Shown here in pieces: positions 8,969 to 18,041 of a DNA stretch of 64,000 nt. Source of the DNA: Lentisphaerae bacterium GWF2_44_16 (GTDB lineage Bacteria > Verrucomicrobiota > Lentisphaeria > Victivallales > GWF2-45-14). Made by a program: the position numbers and the translations under genes. Each line of letters starts with the position of its first letter. Positions within the stretch are counted from its first letter, which is position 1. Location of the stretch: NCBI GenBank assembly GCA_001803225.1, contig MHBF01000168.1:589-64588 (forward strand). The letters run 5' to 3'. Under the pieces are notes generated by a model. It saw nothing but the letters and a program-made list of their open reading frames with translations, was not told the origin of the DNA and searched no databases.

Positions 8969-10981
8969 ATGAAAAAAACAATATTTTCCAGAGAAACTGT
9001 CAGGATTTATTACGGAGATGCAAAGCTTCGTAACTTCCTTTCATATATGGGGAATAAAATTAAAAATGAGACAGGGCTGAAAATCAGATGTGAACAAAAA
9101 GAGTTGAAGGATAATACAGTGATAATTTCCGACAGGGAAATCTCATTGCCGGCAGGCAATCTGAAGGGGGCTGAAAAGGCAAAAAAAGTGAAATTATCAA
9201 AATACGATTCCTTTTTAATAGATGCCCATGAAACTTCAATTTTGATATCCTCTCTTTCGTATTCGGGACTTCTAAATGGGCTTATCAAATTTTTCCGCCA
9301 GTTTAAAATGTCTTCTGCTGAAGGGAAGAATATTTGTATCAGGGAAACTTATTCCTGCCCGGCCGTGAAAAACAGATTTTACCATATTTGCATGAGCGGG
9401 TCCACCCCAAACATAGAGTCATTTCTGGAACTTATAAGGACAATAAAGCTTTTTGGATATAACGGAATAGTTATTGAGTTTGAAAATAAATTTCCATATA
9501 CTAAAAACAACAGCTTTCTGCATCCTGACCATTACTTATTGGAAGATATAAAAAAGATAAGAGAGACTGCCGTCAATTTTGGAGTTCAGGTTATTCCTCT
9601 TCTGCAATGCCTGGGGCACCTTGAATATCTCCTTAAATATGATGAGTTCAAAGACCTTTGCGAAGTCGAAGGACACATACGGGACGCATGTCCGTTAAAT
9701 GAGTGGACATTTGAAATCTTTAAACAGTTCAGTGAGGAAATACTTGAACAGTTTCCAGAAACAAAATATTTTCACATCGGCGCTGATGAAGTCAGGATAC
9801 TTGGCGAATGCCCGAAATGCAAAAAGTACGAGGGAAAACATGGTAACTATTCGACCTTTACCGCCTACGTGAAAAAGGTTACGGACCACCTGCTGGCAAA
9901 AGGCATTCAGCCAATGATGTGGGATGACATTATCTATCGGCATTATCCTGATGTGAAAATTACAGGGTTATCAGAAAAAACTATAATCGTCAACTGGGAT
10001 TACTGGACGATAAACAGTCAAAAATCAGCAGAACTCATTTACACGCTTGGAAAAACAGGCATTACTGTATCAAAAAAACACCTGTTGGAAATAGAAAAAT
10101 TTCTGTTGGAAGAACAAGATGGTGTGAAGGTCAAATTTGAAGCTACCGGTCTTTTTGAAAACTATGATTGGAAAAACTTGAAGATATATGATTTCATAAA
10201 AACGAAAGATTTTCCAGCTTCAGTAAAAGCTTTTCCTGTCATCGAAATGATAAAAAAAGACGGTTTTATTCCGGCCGGAGCATCCAACGTCCGTAAATCA
10301 CTGGATGGAATAGACAGTCAAAACTTTATACACAGAGTACAGAATAACAAAGCCTGGGGAGAAAAATTGAAAGCGTCAGGAGTTGATTTTTTCATCGCCA
10401 CCTCATGGAGCAGAGGCAATAGCCTGAGGGAACCTGTGTTTAATATGGAACTTATGCTTTACCCCCTCGCGTCAGGCGGATATTTCAGCTGGAATGGAGG
10501 AGGCAGTATTGAAGAATTCAATGTCTTTTTTGAGAACTGGATTTCTTCCGCAAAGGAAAATGTCAAATTAACCATGTCTATATATGAGATGTTTAAGGGA
10601 CTTTCAGCAATAGTATCTCCTGCTTTCAATGAGCTGTTAAAAGAAAACCTGGTAGTCCTTAAAAAATCTAAAACACCATTTTATGAAATGCTTTATCTTT
10701 ATATCCGTGTATTTGTTTTTAACAGGGAATACAATGGCTTTATAAGAATATTGAGAAATATTCTTTACAGAATAGAAATGGAACATGATTATCCCGAAAA
10801 GGAAAAACGTCAGCACCTGGAAAGACTTGAAGAACTAAGGAAAGAAATAGAGAGCATTGAAAAGGAATCAGAAAAAATCATAAAAAAGTATGTTCTTCCC
10901 GCTGACGCGAAGGAATTAACGATTTCTCTTTTTTACTATAAAAAGAAAGAGCTTGAAGGATTTATTGGAGCAGTCAAATAA
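8969..10981 (+). CDS. GH20-like / DUF4838-related glycosidase-like protein, no signal peptide
   Basis: IVIEFENKFPY, VIPLLQCLGHLEYLL and YFHIGADEVRILGECPKC resemble the GH20 H-x-G-G-D-E catalytic strand. The trailing Cys cluster is also seen in the two DUF4838 proteins of this window. The C-terminal ~120 aa are coiled-coil-like (KEKRQHLERLEELRKEIESIEKESEKIIKK). Confidence 0.5.
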   Translation: MKKTIFSRETVRIYYGDAKLRNFLSYMGNKIKNETGLKIRCEQKELKDNTVIISDREISLPAGNLKGAEKAKKVKLSKYDSFLIDAHETSILISSLSYSGLLNGLIKFFRQFKMSSAEGKNICIRETYSCPAVKNRFYHICMSGSTPNIESFLELIRTIKLFGYNGIVIEFENKFPYTKNNSFLHPDHYLLEDIKKIRETAVNFGVQVIPLLQCLGHLEYLLKYDEFKDLCEVEGHIRDACPLNEWTFEIFKQFSEEILEQFPETKYFHIGADEVRILGECPKCKKYEGKHGNYSTFTAYVKKVTDHLLAKGIQPMMWDDIIYRHYPDVKITGLSEKTIIVNWDYWTINSQKSAELIYTLGKTGITVSKKHLLEIEKFLLEEQDGVKVKFEATGLFENYDWKNLKIYDFIKTKDFPASVKAFPVIEMIKKDGFIPAGASNVRKSLDGIDSQNFIHRVQNNKAWGEKLKASGVDFFIATSWSRGNSLREPVFNMELMLYPLASGGYFSWNGGGSIEEFNVFFENWISSAKENVKLTMSIYEMFKGLSAIVSPAFNELLKENLVVLKKSKTPFYEMLYLYIRVFVFNREYNGFIRILRNILYRIEMEHDYPEKEKRQHLERLEELRKEIESIEKESEKIIKKYVLPADAKELTISLFYYKKKELEGFIGAVK

Positions 10982-11036
10982 ACAATTGCCTGACTCCGTT
11001 GACGGCAGTCTTAAATGGAGCCGGTCAGCGAAAGAC

Positions 11037-11282
11037 ATGTCGCCAGAATATTTGAAGAAGAAGTTCGGCGACAAACTTGCTTTTAAAGGATGTATATCTA
11101 CGACTGGACCTCTCGCTTACGGCAGTGTTGATGACATAAAAACTGATGTCCGCAACACGCTTGAGGTAATGATGCCGGGCGGAGGATATATTTTATCTCC
11201 GACCCACTCAATCCAGTCCAATTCTCCCATTGAGAATGTCCTTGCGATGTATGAGGCTGCAAGCATATATGGAAATTATTAA
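11037..11282 (+). pseudogene. C-terminal relic of a uroporphyrinogen-decarboxylase (URO-D) family gene
   Basis: PEYLKKKFGDKLAFKGCISTTGPLAYGSVDDIKTDVRNTLEVMMPGGGYILSPTHSIQSNSPIENVLAMYEAASIYGNY has the characteristic C-terminal ~80 aa of URO-D/MtaA-like proteins (GGG(F/Y)IL.P.H.IQ...P.EN..AMYEA). The ~250 N-terminal residues are absent, and the upstream space is taken by the GH20-like gene ending at 10981. Confidence 0.65.
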
Positions 11283-11298
11283 AACAAGCATCAACTGT

Positions 11299-12621
11299 TC
11301 AGTTATTGATTACAGTCAAGACCTTCTCTATCAGTTTTCTCTCAATATCAAGCGAATAGGGAGCAGGCTCTTCTTCAAAGATAAAGGAAGAAGCTTCATA
11401 ACCTCCGTCTTTTATGGCTTGAGCAGTTGGTACGTAATCTATGTCTTCATTGGCATACGCTGCCACTATGACTTTTGTTTTGGCTTTTTGCCTTATTTTA
11501 AGTCCATACTCAACCATTACTTCTCCTGAAAGAGCAAGCAGAGATAAATCACCTATTTTCAATATCATGAAATCAGCCGCGGTATTTTTCGGCAATTTTT
11601 CATCATTCCTGATTTTCTCAGCCATTTTCTCAGCCCATTTTTCTATATATCCGTGAAACTCTGCTTCTCTTTTCATATATTTCTTTTTCAATGCCTCAAG
11701 CTGTTTGAGATTTCCAGGTATCAGAGTTTTCTCGTAATCAAACTGATGTTTTACAATCCTGCTTTCCAAAGTCATATTTTTCAGCGGCTTTGCTTTTTCT
11801 ATGCATTTGACAGTTTCTCCCGCAAGTATTCTGCCCAGACTTTCGACATCGGAAAAATGACCGGCCTTGAACTTGTCTCCGTCGGTCATGGCAGGCCTCA
11901 CATCTCCGCAGCAACCATTTATGAACATGGCGGAAACTCCGGGATAGATTTTTTCGATCTCACATCTCGCGACGCCAGGGTAGTCAGCCGATATTTCATA
12001 ATTCGCTCCCAGAGTTGTAGGATGGCAACAGGCCTTGAAAAGTACTGCAAGCATCTGACCATTCATTTTTTGAAACTTCACGACTTGGACTATATTGTCG
12101 ACGGGACCTTCCGGGTTTGGTTTCATCTCCATGCCTTTATCGGTTTTCTTTCTCCTGTTTATTCCGATAGCGGCTTCGCCTTCGCCATAGGAAACAATGA
12201 CCTCCTCTTCCCTGAGTTGGGCTTCCTTTATCCCTCCGCAGATTTTCTGAATAAGCAAAATCCGGTACTCTTCAGAAAAATATTTTTTGTTGGGAAGATA
12301 GCTTGCGTTTTCATTTATAAGCGGCCCTGTGTGGGTGTGCGATACAAAGAGAAACACATCAGATTTGGAAAAACCGCATTCCTTTTTTATTGTTTCCTTG
12401 ACCCTGCTGCAAAATTTGTTGCTGAACGAAACAAGATCAGCGCAGACAATGATGACTCTTTTCCTGCCGTCAAAAAGGCTGAGTATTTTCAGAATGAGTG
12501 AATCGTGTACCATTTTCGATGGTTCGGTTCTTGCCGCATATCCTCCCATCCAGTAACCAATTGGCGGAGTTATATCCATCTCCACAATACCGGCAAAAAG
12601 TTTTTTTTCTTTCATTTTCAA
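11299..12621 (-). CDS. Neutral/alkaline ceramidase N-terminal-domain-like amidohydrolase
   Basis: GIVEMDITPPIGYWMGGYA...HDSLILKILSLFDG..VIIVCADLVSF...FLFVSHTHTGP is the ceramidase-like N-terminal signature. It is a paralogue of 36344-37663 (KIDITP..., ISGDLLALD, ISCTHTHTAP). Confidence 0.65.
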   Translation of the reverse strand: MKMKEKKLFAGIVEMDITPPIGYWMGGYAARTEPSKMVHDSLILKILSLFDGRKRVIIVCADLVSFSNKFCSRVKETIKKECGFSKSDVFLFVSHTHTGPLINENASYLPNKKYFSEEYRILLIQKICGGIKEAQLREEEVIVSYGEGEAAIGINRRKKTDKGMEMKPNPEGPVDNIVQVVKFQKMNGQMLAVLFKACCHPTTLGANYEISADYPGVARCEIEKIYPGVSAMFINGCCGDVRPAMTDGDKFKAGHFSDVESLGRILAGETVKCIEKAKPLKNMTLESRIVKHQFDYEKTLIPGNLKQLEALKKKYMKREAEFHGYIEKWAEKMAEKIRNDEKLPKNTAADFMILKIGDLSLLALSGEVMVEYGLKIRQKAKTKVIVAAYANEDIDYVPTAQAIKDGGYEASSFIFEEEPAPYSLDIERKLIEKVLTVINN

Positions 12622-13619
12622 TTCCTTTCAAAACAAATGGATTTTCCTTCAGCATCGCTTTTCCTGGCGCAGTCCACTACTTTCATGAGCTTAAGGAGCT
12701 GCCCGGTTGAAACAGGGGGCTCCTGCCCTTTCAGGATGCGGGAGACTAAATCCTTATAGTGAAAATATGACGGAGAACCTTTCAGGTAGTAGTCCTCAAA
12801 TCTTTTCAGAAGTTTTTCCCTTCCGCCCCAAGGCTTGAACCGGAAACGGCTGACAGGAAGTTCGTTCTCAACTATGAGTGTTCCTTTTGTTCCGCATACA
12901 TACCACAGTGGTTTTGAAAAAGCAGCGGTATTCATTTCGCATTCGCTGACGGAACCGTCTTTGAATTTTATAGAAACTTTGTATGAATCCTCGGCATCGC
13001 CTTTATCAAGTATACGATGAAATTTGGCAAAGATATATTCAGGTTCCGAATTATTGAAAAACAGGATCGCGTCAAGCACATGAATGCCGAGATCTGCGAG
13101 AGCCCCGCCATTGTTCTTTTTCCATATCTGCCAATCTGTCCTTTCAGAAGAATGGTTGCTACCTGTATAAAAGCTGTAAACATCCCCTAGCATGCCGCTG
13201 TCTATCACTTTCTTGAGATATAGGGCATCGACACGGTAACGCATGGACTGATTGACTGTAAGGATTTTTCCTGCTTTCTCAGCGGCTTCTACCATTCTAG
13301 CAGATTCATCAAAATCCCGTCCCATCGGTTTTTCAACCATCACATGAAAACCTTTGTTCAAAGCGGCAATCGTCATTTCGGAATGCATCTGTGACGGAGT
13401 GGCTATGACAATCATATCAGCCCCGCAGTCTTTCAGCATTTCATCGTATGAGCTAAATGAAGGGACGTTGAATTCTTTCGCTGCTTTTCCGGCAAGTTCC
13501 TTGTTATTGTCACAGACCGCGCAAAGCTCCATTTTTTTTATTTTTTTAATGGCAGGCAAATGCGTCGCATAACCAATTCTGCCCATTCCGCATACGGCAA
13601 CTTTTATCTTGCTGTTCAT
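12618..13619 (-). CDS. Gfo/Idh/MocA family oxidoreductase
   Basis: Rossmann N-terminus KVAVCGMGRIGYATHLPAIK, IATPSQMHSEM..AL..GFHVMVEKP. There is a 4-nt start/stop overlap with the downstream ceramidase-like gene. Confidence 0.9.
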   Translation of the reverse strand: MNSKIKVAVCGMGRIGYATHLPAIKKIKKMELCAVCDNNKELAGKAAKEFNVPSFSSYDEMLKDCGADMIVIATPSQMHSEMTIAALNKGFHVMVEKPMGRDFDESARMVEAAEKAGKILTVNQSMRYRVDALYLKKVIDSGMLGDVYSFYTGSNHSSERTDWQIWKKNNGGALADLGIHVLDAILFFNNSEPEYIFAKFHRILDKGDAEDSYKVSIKFKDGSVSECEMNTAAFSKPLWYVCGTKGTLIVENELPVSRFRFKPWGGREKLLKRFEDYYLKGSPSYFHYKDLVSRILKGQEPPVSTGQLLKLMKVVDCARKSDAEGKSICFERN

Positions 13620-13625
13620 TGTTTA

Positions 13626-14495
13626 TTATTCCTCTTCTTCCAAATCTTTCATTACTTTTTTAATATATTCGATATCTTCCTTTGCAAAGCATTCCCTGTC
13701 GCCGGGACGCGGGGCTTCAAGCGCGATCATGCCTGTATATCCTCTTGTTTTAAGAATGCGGAGAAACTCACGGTTGTTTATTATTCCGCCGGATAGAGAA
13801 TATCTTATGGAATTATTGTAAGTTTTTTCAGGTATTTTGAGAATGTTTTTGAGATGTACATAATAGATTTTTTCACCGCATACGTCAATCACATCCTTTA
13901 AGGAAGGTTGTTCGGGAAAGTGGATTATATTGCAATAGTCCAGATTTATCCCGACGCTTTTCATGTTTATCATATCGACAAGTTTTCTGGCACTGGTATG
14001 CAAGTCATGTATATAACACATGTGTGTTTCAAAGGCTATTTTGAAGCCCGCCTCATCAGCGAATTTTCCAATTGTTTTAAAGCCTTCCGCCGCCCATTTC
14101 CACTGTTCAGGGGCCGCTATGGCGGAACCCTGCTTGTCATATTCCATATAGGATGATGATTTATCAAGCAAATCTCCGGCGAATGCGTTACAAATTTTCA
14201 GCTCAAACTTTTTTGAAGCAGCATCAAAAAAATTCATAATTTCATCAAGACTCTTTTTTCTTTCCTCCATATCCGGCTGCATCAGTTCCGGGCCGAAGCT
14301 GAATAAAATATTTTCAAGTCTGCTGGCTTCAGCTTCCCCGGCTATTTCATCAAGGTAAGCCTCCTGGGTGTATCCCTGTTTTTTTCTGCGGAACTCGACT
14401 CCGTCATAACCCCATTCGACGGCCTTTCTGCAAATTCTTTTTATGGATTGTCCCTGTTCCATGTAGTTGACATGCATTATTACAGGATTACTCAT
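13626..14495 (-). CDS. Sugar phosphate isomerase/epimerase (xylose-isomerase-like TIM barrel) family protein
   Basis: ~290 aa with GYDGVEFR, FKIAFETH, GINLDYCN, YVHLKN and ALEAPRPGD, the pattern of AP-endonuclease-2/xylose-isomerase-like TIM barrels. It lies 6 nt upstream of the oxidoreductase gene. Confidence 0.8.
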   Translation of the reverse strand: MSNPVIMHVNYMEQGQSIKRICRKAVEWGYDGVEFRRKKQGYTQEAYLDEIAGEAEASRLENILFSFGPELMQPDMEERKKSLDEIMNFFDAASKKFELKICNAFAGDLLDKSSSYMEYDKQGSAIAAPEQWKWAAEGFKTIGKFADEAGFKIAFETHMCYIHDLHTSARKLVDMINMKSVGINLDYCNIIHFPEQPSLKDVIDVCGEKIYYVHLKNILKIPEKTYNNSIRYSLSGGIINNREFLRILKTRGYTGMIALEAPRPGDRECFAKEDIEYIKKVMKDLEEEE

Positions 14496-15711
14496 GTTTC
14501 TCCTTATTTTTCAAAGTTTCTTTTGCCACGCGCATTACATTAAGCCCGATTATTTTTCTGATATCGTCATCGGAATATCCCTTTTGAACAAGTCCGACTG
14601 TAAAAAGAGGCCAGTTTGTCCAAGCCAGGCTATTATTGTCATTATCTCTCTGATATTCCGGCGGTGTCAAACTGCCTTCCGGCCAGAGAGCGGCAAATCT
14701 CTGGCGTGATTTCAAATAGCGCATGGGAATTTCTGAATGCAGACTGTATGTCGCATCCGTTCCTATTGCCACATGTTCGGCCCCGAACTTTTTGACTGCA
14801 TAGTCAATATGTTCGATAAGAGCATCAATATTGCCGCTTCTTTTCAGAAAGCCCGGCATGGCACATATCCCGATGTATCCGCCGCTGTCGGCTATCGCCT
14901 TGATTACCTCATCTGTTTTGGCGCGGCAATGAGGCGTAACCGTGTTACAGGTGGAATGGCTTGCCACGACTGGTTTTTCAGATACTTTGGCAGCATCAAA
15001 ACTTGTCTTCTGCCCGGAGTGGGCCACGTCGGGAATTATGCCGACCCTGTTCATTTCCCTTATAACAGCCCTGCCGAGTTCGCTGAGGCCGCCGTCTGAT
15101 TTCTCTCCGCATCCGTCACCAATAAAATTGCGTCTGTTGTAAGTCAAATGCATCATACGGCAACCAAGTTGAAAGAATATGCGTATGAAATATATTGCGT
15201 CTTCCTGACTGTGCCATCCCGTGGGAAATGGTACGCCATTGGTGGTAAGGTAAAGTGTTTTCAGCCCTTCCCGATATGCTGTTTCAATGTCTTCGGGGAA
15301 AACGGATCTCCTGTAGATTTCTCGTTTGGAATCCAGCAGATAAGTGAAACGCGCAAACCTCTTGAGCAGTTCTTGAATGGAATGCCCTTCTCCTTCCGCA
15401 CCGGCATTTTGAAAAATACATTTGACCCCTGATATTTCCCAAGCCTCCTTATATTCGTTCATTAGCTCCTTATTATCAAGAAAACTTATCGAACGCATTT
15501 CTTCGACATTGTCAATCAGTTCAAAAGGTGAAGCATTTTCATCTATGAGCTTATAGATTTTTTCGCAGTCATAAGGCCCTGTAGGCGCAAAACCGTAGGC
15601 ATCCCATACAAGGGAATTTTTATGCAGTTCCAGACCATGTTCCAAATCTTTTTTTGACGGTTTCAGGACACTCAATGCCGTCTCACGGCAACTCTCAATT
15701 CTTTTGTTCAT
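14488..15711 (-). CDS. Peptidase M19 (membrane/renal dipeptidase) family protein, atypical N-terminal metal site
   Basis: HLTYNRRNFIGDGC, GLSELGRAVIREMNRVGIIPDVAHSG, VVASHS and AIGTD match M19 motifs. The N-terminal V-x-D-G-H-N-D-L-P motif reads VWDAYGFAP. Confidence 0.75.
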   Translation of the reverse strand: MNKRIESCRETALSVLKPSKKDLEHGLELHKNSLVWDAYGFAPTGPYDCEKIYKLIDENASPFELIDNVEEMRSISFLDNKELMNEYKEAWEISGVKCIFQNAGAEGEGHSIQELLKRFARFTYLLDSKREIYRRSVFPEDIETAYREGLKTLYLTTNGVPFPTGWHSQEDAIYFIRIFFQLGCRMMHLTYNRRNFIGDGCGEKSDGGLSELGRAVIREMNRVGIIPDVAHSGQKTSFDAAKVSEKPVVASHSTCNTVTPHCRAKTDEVIKAIADSGGYIGICAMPGFLKRSGNIDALIEHIDYAVKKFGAEHVAIGTDATYSLHSEIPMRYLKSRQRFAALWPEGSLTPPEYQRDNDNNSLAWTNWPLFTVGLVQKGYSDDDIRKIIGLNVMRVAKETLKNKEKHE

Positions 15712-16438
15712 TTCTGTATTCCTCTGCTTTTTTTATTAAAAGATCAAAAACACGTTTTCTGAATTTTTTACCTTTATGACGTTCTATATGAAATTGCAGT
15801 CCCAGCCTGAATTCCCGACCTGTTCCTTCAATGGCTTCCACAGTGCCGTCCTCAGCGAAAGCCGATATCAGAAGTCCCTTTCCCTGAAACTTCGGATTTA
15901 CGGCCTGGTGATGACTTGAATTTATTTCAAAACTATCACCTTCAATAAGTGATTTCAGTATATTCCCACCGCATATTCTTGCTTTATGATACTTTTCTCC
16001 GGTATGCTGATCAGCGGTTTTTACGTGCTGGATAAGCTTGCCTCCTGAGGCTATGCTTAAAAGCTGTTCGCCTGCGCATATTCCCAGAACAGGCTTTTTC
16101 GACGCGATTGCCTTTCTCATCAGGTAAAGGTCAGCGAAGGGCCTTTTGTTTTTGCAAGACATGTCTTCTGGAATTGCATCCTCCCCGTAAAACTCAGGGG
16201 GATAATCAGGACCGCCGATGAATAGAAAAGCGTCAGCTTTTTCCGCGTAAAGATCAAGAACCGCTTCATTTTCAGTTTTAGGTACTATCAATGGCAGGCC
16301 CTTTGACTTGATTATGCCTTCAATATACATGTTCCCAACAATGTAACGGTAGTGAATTTTTCCTGATTTTTTATCACTTTCGTAATGTGTATTTACGGCT
16401 ACCAGAGGGTTCGTACTATGCGGCAAAGAAAAATTCAT
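15695..16438 (-). CDS. Peptidase C26 / gamma-glutamyl hydrolase-type class I glutamine amidotransferase-like protein
   Basis: FIGGPDYPPEFYGE, nucleophile elbow VLGICAGEQLL, NSSHHQAV and the His/Glu pair in LGLQFHIE. Confidence 0.85.
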   Translation of the reverse strand: MNFSLPHSTNPLVAVNTHYESDKKSGKIHYRYIVGNMYIEGIIKSKGLPLIVPKTENEAVLDLYAEKADAFLFIGGPDYPPEFYGEDAIPEDMSCKNKRPFADLYLMRKAIASKKPVLGICAGEQLLSIASGGKLIQHVKTADQHTGEKYHKARICGGNILKSLIEGDSFEINSSHHQAVNPKFQGKGLLISAFAEDGTVEAIEGTGREFRLGLQFHIERHKGKKFRKRVFDLLIKKAEEYRNEQKN

Positions 16439-16473
16439 AAATGATATATCCTTTGTGATTTATTTATAGTAAT

Positions 16474-16502
16474 ATCATAAACTATTAGAACTCAAAAGTC
16501 AA
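16474..16502 (-). promoter_or_regulatory. Sigma70-type promoter of the 16438->11299 minus-strand operon
   Basis: On the minus strand: TTGACT (16502-16497), 17-nt spacer, TATGAT (16479-16474). AAGGA SD ahead of the ATG at 16438. Confidence 0.5.
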
Positions 16503-16686
16503 TAGGCATCCCTGGTATGTGAGTTAAAAAACACATATATTGCAATAAAATCACCCCTGTAAATGATATATTATTTTACGGCAGATGAATTTTAAAGGCA
16601 ACCTTGACTGCCACTTCGAGGTGAAAAATTAGAAGCATTTGGGATTGTTTGCAGTTTTTGCAAAAGAGCGCGAATTTAATTTTATG

Positions 16687-17793
16687 TCAGCGCCAGTTTG
16701 TCATGTCGTGCCTGAGTATTTCATGACGTGAAATGTTCTTGTTTGCCCCGCATGAGCATCTTATTTTCAGAGTAGGAGAGAGCCATATTATTTTATCTTT
16801 TATTTTCCCGGTTCCTTTATTGAGGGCGAGGAATGTTTCCGCCAACTTTTCGCCAATTTCTTTTCCGGGCCAGTCGACGGATGTAAAGGGCACCTCCGTG
16901 GCATTTGAATATATGCTTCCATAGATTGTTACAAACGCGAGGTCTTCCGGTATTTTTATATCGAAAGACGAAATAAGCTCATAAGCCATAATGGCTTCAT
17001 CTTCGTATGACGCGACGGCTGCGGTGGGGGAACCCGAAGCCTTGAAGACTTCTTTTACTTTGGTAATGGTGTACAAGTCGTCTTTAGATAATATCACCTG
17101 GTTTTTTTCAGGAATGCCCGCTTCCTTGCAGGCATCCTTGAAACCCTGGAAGCGAAGGGTTGCCGAGTAGGTGTTCTCTGGAAACCATCCTATGTATGCC
17201 AGTTTTTTATGCCCCAGAGAAATGAGATGCTTTGTCGCGATATAACCGCCCTCTTTCTCGTCAACGAGGAGCTGATATCCGGAAAAACCCTCCAGATAAC
17301 GTTGAACTATTATCACCGGAACGTCTTTTGCGCCATTTGCTATTTCGGTGAATTTTTTCAAGTCTTCCGCTTTTCCAGAGTGCATCAGCGCTATTCCTTG
17401 AGTGCCGGCCTCCAAGGTTTGAGAGACGGCTTTTTCGAGATATTCAAGATTATACTGCACCTGTATTATTGCGCCCAACGCTGAGTTTTCCATAAGCACA
17501 CGGGAATATGCCCTTCCCATTTGCTGATAGAAAAGATCCCTGTATCCTGATATAAAGAGATGAAAAGCGGGCATTGTCCGCTTGATGTCGCCAGAGATGA
17601 AGGTGCCCCTGCCGGCTGTTTTTTTCAACAGCCCCTTTGCCTCCAGATCATTCATAGCTCTTAGCGCGGTAATCCTGGAAACACCGTATTTTTTGCACAG
17701 TTCATTTCCGGTCGGGATTTTATCACCCGGCTTGTATGCCCCACTGCTTATTTTCCGGTATATATCGTTGTAGATTTCTCTGTGCTTTGCCAT
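16687..17793 (-). CDS. AraR-type regulator: GntR-family HTH fused to a LacI/PBP1-like sugar-binding domain
   Basis: N-terminus YNDIYRKISSGAYKPGDKIPTGNELCKKYGVSRITALRAMNDLEAKGLLKKTAGRGTFIS (GntR wHTH). The C-terminal ~270 aa have the periplasmic-binding fold (LAYIGW..., AAVASYEDEAIMA, FTSVDWP). Confidence 0.85.
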   Translation of the reverse strand: MAKHREIYNDIYRKISSGAYKPGDKIPTGNELCKKYGVSRITALRAMNDLEAKGLLKKTAGRGTFISGDIKRTMPAFHLFISGYRDLFYQQMGRAYSRVLMENSALGAIIQVQYNLEYLEKAVSQTLEAGTQGIALMHSGKAEDLKKFTEIANGAKDVPVIIVQRYLEGFSGYQLLVDEKEGGYIATKHLISLGHKKLAYIGWFPENTYSATLRFQGFKDACKEAGIPEKNQVILSKDDLYTITKVKEVFKASGSPTAAVASYEDEAIMAYELISSFDIKIPEDLAFVTIYGSIYSNATEVPFTSVDWPGKEIGEKLAETFLALNKGTGKIKDKIIWLSPTLKIRCSCGANKNISRHEILRHDMTNWR

Positions 17794-17994
17794 TCCGCAC
17801 CGCCTTTTTTGAATAATATATCATTATAATACCATTTCCCCACTTGAAATGCAAGTGCACTCTTTTTAAATCTTATGAATATCGGGCAATTTCTATCTGC
17901 TTATTTCTATCTGCCTTAAAATTAAATGGTATATTAATTTATAGCTTGTGCTGCAATTGAGGCTGTCGGATTTAATCTTCATTGGGTAAATTCC

Positions 17995-18040
17995 CCGACC
18001 CTTTGGGTCGGCTTTTGCCTTTTGTATTAGTTTTTGTTTT
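17995..18040 (+). terminator. Intrinsic-terminator-like hairpin with U-rich tail (plus strand)
   Basis: CCGACCC (17995-18001), TTT loop, GGGTCGG (18005-18011), followed by CTTTTGCCTTTTGTATTAGTTTTTGTTTT. No annotated plus-strand gene lies upstream, so it may end a small transcript. Confidence 0.4.
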
Positions 18041-18041
18041 C

